Below are positions 27,211 through 42,851 of a DNA stretch of 64,000 nt, in pieces (position 1 is the stretch's first letter; the number at the start of each line of letters is the position of its first letter). Location: positions 38,936,001 through 39,000,000 of the forward strand of contig NC_045138.2 in assembly GCF_008831285.2 (NCBI RefSeq). Direction: 5' to 3'. The DNA comes from Nymphaea colorata. Its lineage: Eukaryota. The notes beneath the pieces were generated by a model. The model ran no database searches. It saw only the letters and a program-made list of their open reading frames with translations, and had not been told where the DNA came from. Both the position numbers and the translations under genes were made by a program.

Positions 27211-28840
27211 TAAAAGAGACATATTTATCAAACTTTTTCAATTTTTTCAAATGTGAGAGGGCCTCCTCCCAATGTTAAGCTGTAAGAGCAGACATCATCT
27301 CTGGACACCCCGGATTGGAGCATGTTGTCACGCCAGCTCCTTCTCGACAAAAGGCCGGGGAGAGCTAGAAAATTCTAGTTAAGGGACACTAGATATTGCA
27401 TAAATAATTGCACATACAGAACCCATGCCATGCCAGACTCTGCCACGGGGAGAGGAGGAAAAGAGAGCATTCGAACCAAAAGACAAAAAAAATTGCAGGG
27501 CCACATTCACCAATGCGTTGAATCATGTAGACATACATTTTTTCTTGATTGATTAGTGCGATTAATAACTTCATCTATGTAAAATATTAGACTTTAATGT
27601 CATTAAGAGGACATTAGTCCTATTAATTTTTTTTTTTTTAAAATCAACGACATAGTTGTAGAGAAGATCGACACGTGCTTACAGCTAATATACTAATAGC
27701 GACAAATCGTGTTCCTGCAACTTTTATTAGTTTGCAGAAAATAACAGTATAACATTGCGTTGTCTACCGACAGCATAATTTTGATTCCTCCACCGACATT
27801 TTTCCCCTTCTTTTTCAATTTCATTTTTTGGTGAGATGTGAAGACCTAATGCCTGATAGAGAATTGAAACTTCCATGAACAACTTACTTACCTTCTTAGA
27901 GTATAGAGTATGCTTTGGGTGACTCAAGGTGATAACAATTCAACTTACATTTTTGAATCTCATTTTAATGTTTTGAATATACCTCGTTGCTCTTTAAACC
28001 TTTGCAAAGGTCCCTTTTAATCAGCACATTCAACAATTTCAAACGTTAGTTCATTAAAACAGAGGAAATTGTGCCTAAAGTTTTGGTATATTACTGTCTC
28101 AAACCTTTTTTTATGCAGAGTTATCGTTCAATCAGATTTATTGCTACGTGGGCGGTAGAATTATCAATTATGTTATGGTTTCCTCCATGAAATATAATGG
28201 CACACGGATACAGTTATTGGCTTCATAAGAGCTAGAGAGAAAAGAAAATTTGTTTTACAACCCTTTTAACTAACTTTTGATGAACAGATGAGCGAAGAGG
28301 ATTGGCAGAAATATTTCATTTTAAAGAGAGCTGAAGCTTTCAGCATTCCCTTTATTCCCCATAGTATCAACTACCATGTTTGCTTAGGCGCCTAGAGGTG
28401 AACTGGGTTTTTCACAAATCTTATTTTGACAAGGCAACCAAAATATATTTGATACTTTTACATTCCTCCGCTAAGGCTTTCATGAGTTCGAATTTTTATT
28501 ATATCCCGAAATGATGCTTTAATGTTCAGATCCAGATATTGATACCAATCCAACTTATTTTCTTTAGTCATCCGTGAACTGGACTCGGAATTGAGCAAGT
28601 AAATCCGATCCTTTGACAGTCTCGCCGATATCCGTTTCGGGTGGAACGGAGATAACGTCAGGACTCGAGGGGAGGGCAACGGAAAATCTGCCTACGTGGA
28701 CAACAGAAAGCGAGAAACCCGTTGCCTCGATACTTTCACTCTCGCTCCGCCAAGTCACGAGAAGGAGAGCAAAGCCCGAGGGATGACGAAGAGTCGCGGC
28801 CGGAGAGGCTAGTGTTTTCCGTCCCTCCATTTCCGCCGAG

Positions 28841-31800
28841 ATGGCGTCGGCTCCTCCCCTCCACTCCCGCCACCTCCCCCTCCTTCTCCCGACCCCTTTC
28901 CCTCCTTCCCTCGTCGCCGTCGTCTCCCTCCCCGCTCATCATCGTTCGCCGGCGTCGACCCCGCCTCTGATTTCGTGCCGGACATGTCGCTCCCTCGCCG
29001 CTGCACGCCGTCTGCCCCGATCGTCCGCGCAGAGCGACCGGGCCTTGTCTGCCGAGAGCGTCGTCGTCGACAACGACTCATCGCCGGCCTACACCGCCCT
29101 CGTTGTCGCCACCGCTAACAGAATCGGCCTCCTCCAGGTCATCACCCGCGTCTTCACCGTCTTCGGGTTGAAGATTGAGAAGGCCAGCGTCGAGGAGATC
29201 CAGGGCGACTTTGTCGTGAAGCGGTTCTGCGTGACAGACGGCGACGGAAAGAAGATCGAGGATCCGAAGAACTTGGACAGGATCGTCAAGGCGCTCCGGG
29301 AGGCCGTTGAGAAAGAGCCGGCGAGGGTGGCCGGGCCGTCGGCCTCGTCTGGTTCTACGACTAGGCGCCCGCCGCAGATCCTGAAGAGTAATTTGGATGG
29401 AGCGAAGGTGCCGAGGGCTGAATTGATGTTCGGGATGATGGATCGTTACCTCAAGAACGATCCGATCAGCATTCAGAAGGACATTCTTAATCACGTGGAG
29501 TATACGATAGCGAGGTCGAGGTTCAGCTTCAACGATTTTGAAGCCTATCAGGTGCCATTTCCCATGTTATCTGATCCTCCCATCTCCTAACGATCAACGT
29601 AGTTTTTGCTTCATTCATTTTATCCAATCACATTGCTATTATTAGCCTCACGTTACACCTAGCCTGGTCTGTAGCTTCCGTTGAACTCACCAAACAAATG
29701 CAATATTGTTTTCTTTATTTAAACGTTCAAAGATTTTGTAGGCCTTGGCACATAGTGTGAGAGACAGGCTTATCGAGCGTTGGCATGATACTCAGCAATA
29801 CTTCAAGAGGAACGATCCAAAGCGCGTGTACTTCCTGTCTTTAGAATTCCTTATGGGTATGGTATTGATAAACATCCTCCTATGGGAACTTAAGTTGTTG
29901 CGAGCTTTTCCTTTGCATCCATGTGTTGTATTGTGGCTAAAGTTATCAAGAAGAATGGTCCGTTTGAAAAAAAAAACGATCAAGAAGCGTGCTCGTAATG
30001 GTACCTCGCAGTCTTGGGCCGAATCGCCTCTGACATTTCATCCAATTCAGTTACTGATGTTGACAATAAATGTACTAAGCAATTTGACATTCGGCTAAGA
30101 GGCGTCTTTGTTTGTTCTGCATCTGCTAAGAGGCTTCTTCTGCAGCTATTGTTGAAATTGTAGAATATGTTTAAATAGGTGCTATTGCTCTTAGATTAGG
30201 AACATCAAATTCGTCTCGCTTGTTTAGCTGCACTTGATGTCATGGACCAAAGGTCACATTCTTTGACGGAACAATCCGGATGGTTCTCAGTGCAAAACAT
30301 TTTCACCATCCGAGCGTGGTTGCTGACAGAATGGTACTGCTGAGTTCCTTATGCGTATTTTTAGTTGATCCAACTCTAATCCCAGCTGTATCGGCTTGTC
30401 CAAAGAAGAAACAACTTAACAATTATTAGCTTTGCTTAAACGAAGGTGATCCAGCTACCTTCCAGTGTGCCTATCATTGTGACCTGTCCTTAAAAGGATT
30501 TATTATTATCCTCACTTAGTGGGTAACAGGACATGAACTCGGACCATCAATATCCTCGTTTGTTATGATTGGACGCTGCTATGTTGAAGCTGAGTGGCTG
30601 ATCAGCTGAGTACCGTGGGGCCTCTTTTTGTAAGCAAGAAAACAGATTAGTCCTAGATTTAGGACAACTCTAGTCCATTGCTGCTCTCCACTAACCACAA
30701 GGTAGCAGCACCGTTATCAGTCCTCCACGTTAGGGATTTACTTGCACTCTTTTTGTTGCTCTAGGACATTTGATTTTTTGAGCGATGTTTTCATTTGTAA
30801 TATGTGATTGTTTCTATAGTGTGTCTCATGTATTTGCCATATTTTTTTCTATATATCTATCTCTCTATATATGTATGAATATGTGCATGTTTCGATGGCA
30901 GAAATAGGTACAAAGCCTCAACCACATTGAGCGTACCATTGAAATTTGACGCCTGTATATCTATAAAATGGAGCATGCAAACTTCAAACTGGAAATAAAA
31001 AAGACATTGTAATCATGTCTAAGCTTACCTACTTTGGTGCTTAGATTCTCGCATTCAGAGGATCCAGCATATTTCTTAGGAATTTGCCGTTTTCTAATCA
31101 TTACTCTCCACAATTATTGGCATGGAATCATGAATGAATGCGGTTTGTCCAGTGTCAAGCATAGTACATTTCCTCTGCTTGCTGGCTCTGGCAGTCAATT
31201 CTAGAAAACTAAACGAGGTAGAATATTCTACTAATGACTATTGTTTGTGAAATAATTGGGGCTTATCTGGATTCTTTACTTTTAGTTTAGATTGTGGTTC
31301 AAGAAATGTCTTTATGCCACATTGTTCCCTTGTGAGACATTTATGAGTTTATTCTGTGAGATGTTCAGGTCGCTCCTTGTCAAACAGTCTCACAAATTTG
31401 GGAATAAGAGATCAATATGCAGAGGCAGTAAGTCAACTAGGATTTGACTTTGAAGTATTAGTGGAGAAGGTATGAGCTTTTCATCTCTTCGTTGTAAAAA
31501 GCCTTTGGTATATTGATCTACATAACATGTCCTTACTGAAACTGTGTTAATACAATTGTAAACATTTTGGTTGTCACAGTAGATTCATGCCTATCTGTTA
31601 ATAAGTCCTACGGTCATAATCACAACTGAAAGTGTCACTGATTAGTTTATACTGAAGAGTGGAGAAACACTATTAACACTTAAAATTCATTTGAAAAGTT
31701 GATGAGGTGTCACCAGACTTCAAGTCTAATTTGCTATCTTTGTTTGAGTTTTTGCCAAATACACTTCTATGTTTATTAGCATAGACAAATATGCCTCTTC

Positions 31801-34800
31801 TTTACTAGTCTTCCTGAAAACACCCTTATCTTTTCTAATTTTAGTACATAATAGACTTTTTCTGGCCATGAAGAATGCAATCAACTTTGTTACACTGCCC
31901 TAAAGGTGCAGCAAACTATAATGTTGTGACATCATGATATTTGAAAATATTTTGGTTCAGTCTCTATTTAGTTATTCTTTTTCTTTCAGAGATGATATCA
32001 CAGACTTGTGACAATGAATACATTGAAGTAAACTCTACTTCAAATTTTGAAGTGGCTGTGCTACGTATCATAGTTCTTGTGTTTTCATTTCTAATGTTCG
32101 TGGAAGCAGACACCATCAAATTTCTTATCTGAGAAGCATCACATTATGAGCTTATGTATTTAGAAGTTTGCACTGCCTATGAAGAAAGTACTTTTGTTTT
32201 TGTTGTATGGGCTATGACATCATACATGGTTTCCAATTATTAATTTTCCTGTGCTGAAAACAGGAGGGTGATGCTGCGCTTGGTAATGGGGGCTTAGCTC
32301 GTCTTTCAGCATGTTTAATGGATTCCTTAGCAACATTGGACCTTCCAGCTTGGGGGTATGCCATTAATTTTGTTCAGAAAGTAATAACCAATGTACAAGC
32401 AGTTTGCAGAGTCCTTTATTTATCTCTTTGTCATGTTAAGTTCTGATTACATTTTAAAGCATGTTGGTTGTCTGAAATAAAACAAGTTGGCTCTGCTTGA
32501 GCTTCACTAGAGATTATTTGCTGTGAACTTTGGTTGAGTGCCCTCATTTGCACAAACAAGTTGAGCTTGAGCAAAATTACAAGATTGTTTATCTAACTCA
32601 GCAAGCCTGAACACCCTAGGCCAGGTTGATTGCATTGATGTGCAGACTGCAGGCTTAGTCCTATCCTTCTAGAACCAGTCCACTTCAAGTTATAATCTGT
32701 CCATTTGGTCCTGGCCTGTGACATGTAAATCTTTCTAGAGAATAACTACTAACAATCTAACATCCCCCGTGTTTCTTCAGGGCTAACTAGTTCTGAGTCT
32801 TCTGAGAAACACTACGATCTGGAAAATTCATTCCCTAATAACAGTTGTAAGGATAGAAGCATCTGGGTGAAAGGGTGTTTCACATTATGGGACAACAATT
32901 GCTATTATCTTCTGCATTCTCATTTGCACCTGGCTTTTGTGGTCTGGTCCCTATTCATTTGCTGTTTTCTTGTGATAGCTTCAAGATTTTTCTAATAGAA
33001 AGTTGAGACATGAAGAGAATCAAAGTGGAAGATGTTTTCCTTTTTTGAGATAAATGGACTTGTTTATGGTAGACATCTTACATTCCACTCAGTTGCTGTA
33101 CGACTTGTTTGGAACTAGTGGGCAGTTAAGGTGATGCTAAATCTAATGTTCTGTTGCTGCTAAAAGTTAAAAACAGGTATCTAACTTCGTTTGAGCTTTA
33201 TCCAAATAAGCGACAATGGATCTTGGAGGATATTGCTGAATCTACTGTTATGTGTAAAAAATGTGGGTACAAAGACAAACATGGTTTTCACATGCATTAA
33301 GTTTGAATATCTGCTCATCCGAGAGGATATTAAAAGCATAAAGAAGTCCAATTTCCATAGAACGAAAGATAGCAATGAAAGATGAAGCTATATCTTTAGC
33401 TTATTTGCATAAAACATAAATCTTGTCTCACTACCGTAACAGGTAGTGGAAACATTCAAAATTGTGATATGTTCCTGTTAATTCTTCACTAGGACTTATT
33501 TCTAAAGTTTTTGGCAGATTTTCGTCATTTAACATCAGTAGATTATGGGTTCCTGAGGATGTTTTAGTTTATTATAGATTTTGAAGGATTCTGACCACAT
33601 ATGATGTCAATTTCCTTTAATTTTGCAGTTATGGCTTGCGCTATCAATATGGTTTGTTCCGTCAGCAGATATTGGATGGTTATCAGCATGAACAACCTGA
33701 TTTTTGGCTGAATTTTGGGAACCCTTGGGAGATAGAGCGTATTCATATCTCATACCCAGTTAAGGTGCGTGAACAAATGTAGCTGATTTAGTTATTTATA
33801 ACTAGTTTCAATGCATGACAAAGTTTCCAAACTGCATGTTTGTCCTGATTCAGTTTCGTGATTTAGTATTATGGGAAAGTGGAGGAGCAGCTTTTGAATG
33901 GGAGGAAGTCTAAAGTCTGGATACCTGAAGAGACGGTAAGCATAAAACTTTGGGTTTATGCTGTTTTACAAACTGCTTGTTTTCTTCTATTGACTATATT
34001 TTCCAAAATAAATAAATTCATGAAGATCATGTATCTAGTATTTTGCAATCTAATGTTTTTGCCTCTGATAGGTGGAAGCTGTTGCCTATGACAATCCTAT
34101 TCCAGGTTATGGAACAAAGAATACGATCAATCTTCGCCTTTGGGCTGCTAAACCAAGTGGCCAGTATGATATGGTGAGTGGATGCATGTTTTGGAGGATT
34201 AACTAGCATGCATGTTACCCTTGCAATGATTTTTCTTTCTGTGCTTTTATGTGAGGTTAAGCCTGTTTAGGAACATAAAAAGTTAAAAACATATTTGTGC
34301 CCTTGAATGGGTTCTCTCTCTCCTTCTCCCTCTATGTTTGTGTGTGCATGTTGTGTGTCTCCACTGAATTTTATTCTTCTTTTCCTCTTTTATCTTCATG
34401 TTGTTTGTCCACGATTTTAGGCATGAGTGACACTAAAGTAGCAAAATATGGTCTCTAGGTTCAGAGCAACCATAACTTTTTAGTGGACTGAGCCTGAGCA
34501 GTTCTTGCTAGCCAATATGTCACATTCCATCAGAAGAACTGATGAAGGCTGGCTTTGCTACAGCTTGGATTTATTACTGCTATAACTGTACAATTTTAGA
34601 GTTCTTTTGGAAGAAGAGTTATGATTTCCTTGTTCGTGATCCCTTTCCTAAGGTTTTTTTTTTCTTTTTCAATGAAAAGACAGAGTCTTTCCTCCAGGTA
34701 AATGCAGCTAACTTGAAATAGTTGTCTTCACAAGCTAGTACAGAGATAGTGTTGATGGGCGATGGGTCCAAGGTATGGCTGGTTGGCAAGATGCCTGCTG

Positions 34801-37800
34801 ACATATTCCCAGTAACTGTGATGGTCCCAGATTAACTGTGATGGTCATCTTCTAGAAAGGAAGACTATGGTCCTGCTGGAAGGGTTACTTTAAGAAGAAA
34901 GTGGCTGATAAAATCATGAATCTCACTAGTTGGAAGGAGCTTTCTCATGGTGTTTCAGATGGGTTTCTTGTTATCGTTAATAACTATATAAAATGATTAA
35001 ATCAAGCAGGACCAGTCAAGAATTTTTGATGAAATTTGAATGGTGATCCTTGAAAGCATCCAAAGGGCCTTCTTGTGTGGCCTACAAGCAGACAAAGAGG
35101 CTTGTTAGCCATACATAATGCAGAATCTGACATGGCCAAAGAATGTGATTAGATAGGACTAGGAAATGCCACCAAGGAGATAGATTCTCATACTGCAACT
35201 ACCATCCAACTGTGAGGGGATTGTGGATTGAGTTGCATTACCACAGCAAGGGCTGTTTGCTTGCGAGTTATAGAAAGCAGGGTAAGAAACGCAGTGAAAT
35301 CCTCCCTGCGTTATGGTACATTGGGAGGAGAAATTTTTCATGTGAAGAAGAGAGACCTAGAGTTGGAATTGATTGTCAAGGTCAGAATACTAGACAAGAA
35401 GAATTGTCATTATTAAGCACCAATTATTCACTTTTAGTGAGAAGATAGTGTAAGCATTGAGGTGCATTTATGTGTGCAAACAAAGACCACTTCAAGTCAA
35501 TTGTGTGGTATGTTCCATAAAGGTGAACAAAGATAGCAAGAAGAGAAGTCGTCGGAGAGTATTGCTGCAATACAAGTTTACCAAGGGCACCATGCTAGAA
35601 AGAAGAATTATGATCATTAAGCACCAACCGATTGCATATAGTAAGAAGATGGTATTAGAAAAGTGAATCAATATGATAGAGTGGGCTGCCACCATTGGGT
35701 ACAGAGCCTGTTGTCTCATTGTTGATCTGCCTTCTTTATGTGAGTTCCACTCTTTTGTCTATTGATGGCAGCCAGAGAAAAATATTTCTGTAAAGACACT
35801 TTAGATTTCCTAAACAATCTTCTATCAATGAACATGGCGATACACAAGATGTAATTTTCTTCCCATCTGTGTTGCCTGTTTGTGGCTTATATTTTTCTCT
35901 AATTGTTGATAGCCTTTGTCGCCTGCTTCTGGTTCCTTTTCTTATTATGTTTTGCAGATTCAAAAGCTCTGATAACCTTTTTTTAAGGATTAGCTGATTG
36001 AACTCTAAATTTTCTTTGTTTATAATGCAGCAAGTTGGTAATTCATAGTTTCATTAAGGTGTATATTTATTTTTTCTGGGGTCTTGTCACTTAGTTGCTT
36101 TTTGTATTTTCAAATTTGTATGTTGACATAGTTGATTTTGTCCCTCTAATCATGTTGAAGTTCTTTGCCTAATAGCGTGTTTGTGCTTTGATTTTGTCTC
36201 TCTAATCATGTTGAAGCTCTTTGCCTACTAGCATGTTTGTGCTATAATGCTTCTTTGTATGTGCTAGGAATCATTTAACACTGGTGATTATATCAATTCT
36301 ATCATCAATGGGCAAAAGGCTGAAACTATAAGCAACGTTCTCTATCCGGATGATCGTACTTATCAGGTTTGTAGTGATCTCGAATTCAGAAAATTATTAT
36401 TTTGTGTTGGAAACTTAATAGCTAATTTGATGTACATATACTCTGGGCACCACCAGAAAATCAAATGAACAAATATCCCACATGTGTGGAGCAGTGATGG
36501 AACAGAACATAACATTTGTTTTAGAAATGACTTTAACATAACATTACTTTTGTTTCATCTAGTGATTGAAATCCTTTGGTGTCATTGACACATTTTTGAA
36601 GGTGTTATAAGGATAAGCAAGCAACATTAAACCATCATGTGGTGGAAGCATCTGAATGAAAACTAATCAGCAAAATTACAGCATCCTGTTACATGTGAAG
36701 AGAGTACTCAAACCCGCACTATATAGTAAAAATAAAACTATGTGCTAGTGAAAATTTTATCTGTTTTTTCCTTGTCTTGGTGATTTTTCTCCTCTAATCT
36801 TTTAGGATCTACAGACATCTTCATTGTAATTGTGTTTGACGTTTGAACTATGTTATTTGCAAAATTCATGATCTTCCTCTTCTTGTCTTTCAGGGGAAGG
36901 AACTCAGGCTGAAACAACAATATTTCTTTGTGTCAGCATCCTTGCAAGACATAGTAAGGAGGTTTAAGGATTCACATACTGATTTTGATGTGTTCCCTGA
37001 TAAGGTTGCTTCCTAAATTCCTCTGCTGCATAATTCCTTTTGGATAGCAAGCTTTTGAATTCAGTTACTTTATGGGTATTGGTTTCATTTCCATTTCTTG
37101 GAATGACATGATCCATATGTGTTTCTTTTGTTTGCTATGACTGAACTGATTGATGCTTTACAGTCAGCATGATTTCCTTTGAGGCTTTAATCAGTAAAAT
37201 CAATATTTCCTTGCAGGTAGCTTTGCAGCTTAATGACACCCACCCTTCTCTTTCAGTGGTTGAGCTAATGAGAATCTTGGTTGATGAGGAACATTTGGAC
37301 TGGAAACATGCTTGGAAAATTGTCTGCAAAGTATTTTCGATTACAATTCATACTGTGGTAGCTGAAGGACTTGAGAAAGTTCCAGTTGACCTAATGGGCA
37401 GCCTTCTTCCACGTCACTTGGAAGTATGTTGCAAAAGTTTGAATTTTACTAAAGTATAATTTTCAGTTCCATTAGAATTTGATTTTTACTATATCTAGTA
37501 GCATATTTTGGTACAATCTTCATCTAGTGCAAGTCACAATAAGTTCACTAAGACATTAGCCTAGTATATCTCCAGTCGCTTTATTATGTTCGAAGCTGAA
37601 AATGAGATGTTTATTGTAATAAACATTTCTATGACTAATTTTGGTCTGCATCAGACTAGCATGCTTTTGTTCCTTTTGAAACAAAAGGAATTTTATTCCA
37701 GGTGCCTTGATGTTTTCTTGATTTCATGCAGATCATATATGAAATAAACTTTTACTTTTTGGAGGATCTGAAGCAGAGATATGGATCTGATTTTGATCGT

Positions 37801-40800
37801 CTGTCTCGAATGTCAATTTTAGAGGAAGGAGCTGCGAAGGTATTCTTGAGATCATTTATAGGATGCAATATTTCATGTGTTATTTTACAGCTGCTTGAGG
37901 CTTGCAAACTGCCTGAAAGGATCTTGACTGAATTAGCTAATTTTACTTTTTCTCTTCCTGTTGAAGTTTACATTGTTCTCATCTTACACTTTTGTTCACG
38001 TGTTGGAAGATGTGAGCTTGTTCAGTTTACATGTTGATGATCTCTTTTCTGATGTCGTTCACAACTCTACTCTTTTTCTGTTTTTCTTTCCTGCTTATCA
38101 TCTTCAATAAATAGACTCAACTATTAGAAAAGGTAAAGCTTACCAGATTGTCAGATTGTCCAATAGTCTTGATATATTGAAAAAATCCTCAATCTTATCA
38201 ATAGAATGAGTATTCACAACATCCTTCGGTGAGAAACTGCATCTATGCACACTTGCACAGCAATTTTCCTCAATTTCTGCAGTGGTATGAGCAATTGTAG
38301 TAATTAAAGAAGATTGCTTATTCCCACAGCAACAAGTTCTACAGAGATCAGTCAACTAATCATTAACACACTGATCTAAGACTCCACCAGAGGAACATTT
38401 AATTCTGCCAAATTGGAAAGTTGGAACGCGCACACAGAGCCAAGCTCTGACACCATGCAAACAAAAAAGAATGTCTCACGAACAACTCAATCTTGCACAC
38501 ATGTGGACAGAAAAATATTTCATTAACAATATCTCTAAACTCAAGGAGCTACAGGGAGTTTTACAATAAACAGAAAAGTGAGAGGGCTGTTGAGTCTCCA
38601 TTGGATATAAATCTAGCTGTCAGAGAGTCCAGCTGCTACCTCTCTTCGACTGAGTTTTTTCAGCTGGACAAAAAAGATAGAATTACAAGAAAGAAAGAAT
38701 AAAATACATAAAAATAAGAAAGAAAATAGAAATACGAGAAGAAAAAAATACACAAAATACACACAGAAATACAAGAAAGTTACAATAATATCAAGTAGTT
38801 ACTGAAATACCTAGAAATGTGGCTTGTTGAACCTTACATTCTGGAATGCAGTTGTAGCCCAAATGGATAAAACTGTGTTTATACTTAGCAATGCTTGGTA
38901 AGATGCTGACAAAGAAGCAAATATGAAATATCCTATTGCATCATGGAAGTAAAATTGTCAGACTCCACCATTGTAAGTGAAAAAAAAAAGACCTGGCTAG
39001 AGGTATGAGTTGAAATAAATAATCACTATTGACCAGGTACAAGATCTTGTGTAGGTTATGGTCCTGTTCTGGAGAGTGCAACAAAGAAAACTGTATGAGG
39101 ATATACATGCCAAATGGCCCAAATCACTAACATATGCATGTGCAAAAAATGCAGGATTGTGCTGCATCTCATGAAATGCTTTGGATGCCAATCTCATGGT
39201 TGTTTCCAGTTATTTAAGACAGAGGCTAAAGCATGTCCAAGTATGTCGCTACCAAAAATTGACTAATAATAGACGTTTTCTATATTGAGCTTGAACCTAG
39301 GATGATAAAACGGGTTGAACTAAGCCTGAAATGTAGATGACCATTCATGATAACTAGGTATACCTAGTGGTCTGACTTATGTAAGTGTAGCTTTATTCTT
39401 TTCAGTGTCACAAATATTGTGATGCTTTGAAAAATATTGTTATATTGATAAAAAATGAAAAGAAACTTGAAAAAATTCTGTTTTTGGAAAAATAACGTTA
39501 AAATAAATTTATTGCATTTTTACATTTTTTTCACGACTTTTCCTTTTTTTGTTTCTTTCTTTTTAACGTTAATATCATCAGAAAATTCAAATTTAAACTT
39601 AAGCTAGATTACTTACCATCATTAAAACATTATTTTGAATTTTATCACTTTATCTACTATGTCTGTGTCTTCTTACTAGTTTCTCATTTATTTTGTTTTT
39701 ACATATTTTTTAGGAAATTTTGTCGTTTTCAAAAAATTTGCTGAGGTTTTCTGGAGATTTTTCCAAGAAAAACAAATTTGCCAAAAATTACCCAAGGAAA
39801 ATTTTGCCACTAAAACATGCTAACTATATTTGGAACAATGATTCTTTCATACTTATAGAATGGACTCGCATGTAAGCTAATGGAAATAAAGAAAGCAAAT
39901 TGTTGCAGCAGAATGCTTGCTTTGTAAAACCAGTTCAAGACTTTGAGGAATAATCTTTCTCTGAGAAAATGATTTGAACAAGGTAATTAATTCTGATCCA
40001 TTACACACACACACATATAAGCATGTATTGCCATAGAATCTCTATAGAATTGCTTGAGGTGGTCTTATTTGCTACACTTTCTCTAGTGAAGTTTAGGTGG
40101 CACACTTCCAGTGAACTATGTATTTTCTTTTCTATGTTGAAATGGTTTCTTACTTCCTATGTTTCTTTCATTTTATTGAAGAATGTCCGCATGGCGAACC
40201 TAGCGATTGTTTGCTGTAATACAGTAAATGCAGTCTCCCAGGTTCACTCAAAGTTACTAAAAGGTGGTGCACTCAAGGTAAACTTGAAGTCGCTGTTGCT
40301 AGTTAAGGATTTTATTGTTATGGTGGGAAAATGTTCACCTTTGAGTCATATATGGCTCTTCCCATGTTAACAAATAGGAGAGCAATTTGTGGGACATTTT
40401 GCCCAGCGAATGCATGCGAGAATTTACTTTTGTATTTGCATTTTTGTCTGACTAGTTAGACGTGATTTGGACTTCTTCGTCACTCAGATTCATGAGAAGC
40501 TTCCAAGAGATTCTCATGGTCTCTGGGAGCAGTCATCAACCAATAGATGCTTATCTCACTAATTCATTTACCTACCTTTTTTGTGTTCTTTTTCTTATTT
40601 TTTGAACTGCAGGACTTTCATCAGCTTTGGCCTCAGAAAATTCAATATAAGACAAATGGAGTTACTCAGGTATATAGAGTTCTAATGCAAGATATTATAG
40701 GATATGTGAAACAGACAACAGGACCTTAGGCTTTTGATTCAAGGCATCTATTAATGAGAGGTAGGCAGAACTGGAATGGTGATAGATATAAGTTATTGGA

Positions 40801-41462
40801 ACGTAGTTGCCCGTGTATATGTACATACGTACAAATAGAACAAGTAAAATGGCTTTTGAGAGTGAATTTGTCTCTCCATAGTTCAGGTGTGCAATCATAG
40901 GAATGGTCTCTATTCTTTAGTACCTTGAGCTCTAGTAGGCTATTAGGCTCGTTCTAAGTTCTGATAACTATGCACAGAATGTTGACACTATAGAACACTG
41001 AGATAAATTTGATTGCCTAGCACTGCAGTTCACAAGACTTAGTAATTATACTATTATAGCATGTTTGTCATTGTTTATATTACCTTAAATAAGATTGAGC
41101 TTATACTTTATACTAAATTTTTCAGAGGCGGTGGATAGTAGTAAGTAACCCTGGTCTGTGCAATCTTATTACAAAATCACTTGGAACAGACACTTGGATT
41201 AGCAATATTGATCTTCTCATGGGGCTACGCCAACATGCAGAGGACACTAATCTTCAGAACGAATGGAAAATGGTAATATTTTATTAGAAGATTTTGAATC
41301 ATTTGGTGTCTATTCTATATGTTCCTGTAACCCTATGAGGCATGTTCAACTTTGCAGGTTCGGAAGCTCAATAAAATAAGGCTGGCAGAGTATATCGAAA
41401 CAATAACTGGGTTGAAGGTTGTTTGCTTTCCTCCTCCTCCTCCTCCTCCTCCTCCTCCTCCT

Positions 41463-41505
<43 letters not shown>

Positions 41506-42016
41506 CCTCTCCCTCTCTCTCTCCCCCCATTCCATGCGCCCCCAGCCCGCCCACACAACCCCCCCCCAAAAAAACCCGTGTTTCTGGAGCTCATAGTTTA
41601 TTCTCCTCTCTCTAAAAACAGTTGATTTTATTTTTTACAGGTCAGCGTTGATGCAATGTTTGATGTACAGGCCAAAAGGATTCATGAGTACAAGAGACAA
41701 TTGCTTAATGTCCTTGGGATTATCTATCGCTATGACTGTATCAAGGTTATTTCATATTTACAGTTTTATATTATCTTGGTTGTAGTGCCAATTTAACTCG
41801 TATGATGATGCATGTTATTGGTCCATAAATAATTCAAACTTCAGACCGTCTGATCTAACTAATCAATATCGATACTGGACAAGAATAATTTATTTATGCA
41901 ATACTTGGGCTTGCCCACTTAAGCACCTGGATCCTTCAGGCCCTGGCCTTCTTTGCTCACTGTCTGATTGCTTTAATGGTTATACCAGGATCCTGCAGAC
42001 TGTATTCAAATGTGTA

Positions 42017-42061
<45 letters not shown>

Positions 42062-42851
42062 ACATGAGTGCGGGGTGCGGGTGCCAGAGCGGCACATCCC
42101 AAAAAATTTAGGTGCGGCGGTGCAGTGAGGGTATTTTATTATTATTAATTTATTATATATATAACAGAATAAGCATGTATATATTATTATTGCAATTTAA
42201 TTATTAATGTATATAACATACTTGCATAATTGTATTGCATAGGAAAATATCAAAACAACATATATTATATATAATATATTATATGTAGTAATCTACTAAT
42301 ATGACATACTAACAGTCTAAGGTAAAACATAAAAAATTGATAGAATCATAGAAGCAGAAATTGAAAATTTGAAATTAAAACTTCAAAGAACAACTCTAAC
42401 CACAGCTGGTAGGCTGCATAATGCATATATAAAAAAACTTATATTATAATATTATAAGTTTATAACATGACAATATATCACTATATCAGTTGCAAAGCAT
42501 ATATGCACGGCTGCATATGTACACGACTGACAATATATATTTATTAGTTGAACTTTGAAATTTTTATAGTAGATTCAAGAACAACTGAACAAGCATCTAA
42601 AATAAAATGCTAAAATGTATTCAACAATAATACTAAAAAATGGGACACATTTATACCAAACGTGGGTTGACCACACCCGACTCGAATTTGACGCAAGTCT
42701 GTCCATGTCAGAAATGGACAAATATAGTCTAGTGCAGCTGACCGCATCCGACTCGCGTTGACTAGGCTCGAGTGCGAGATGCACCCATGTCCGGTGCACA
42801 CCTGACTCGACGCGACTCGGGTGCGGCAGTAAAATAGAAGAGTTTGTGTGA

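Noticed and set aside
41333..41625. Poly-Pro/Glu/Arg/Leu ORFs
   Set aside because: Translations of the intronic (CCT)n(CT)n microsatellite.
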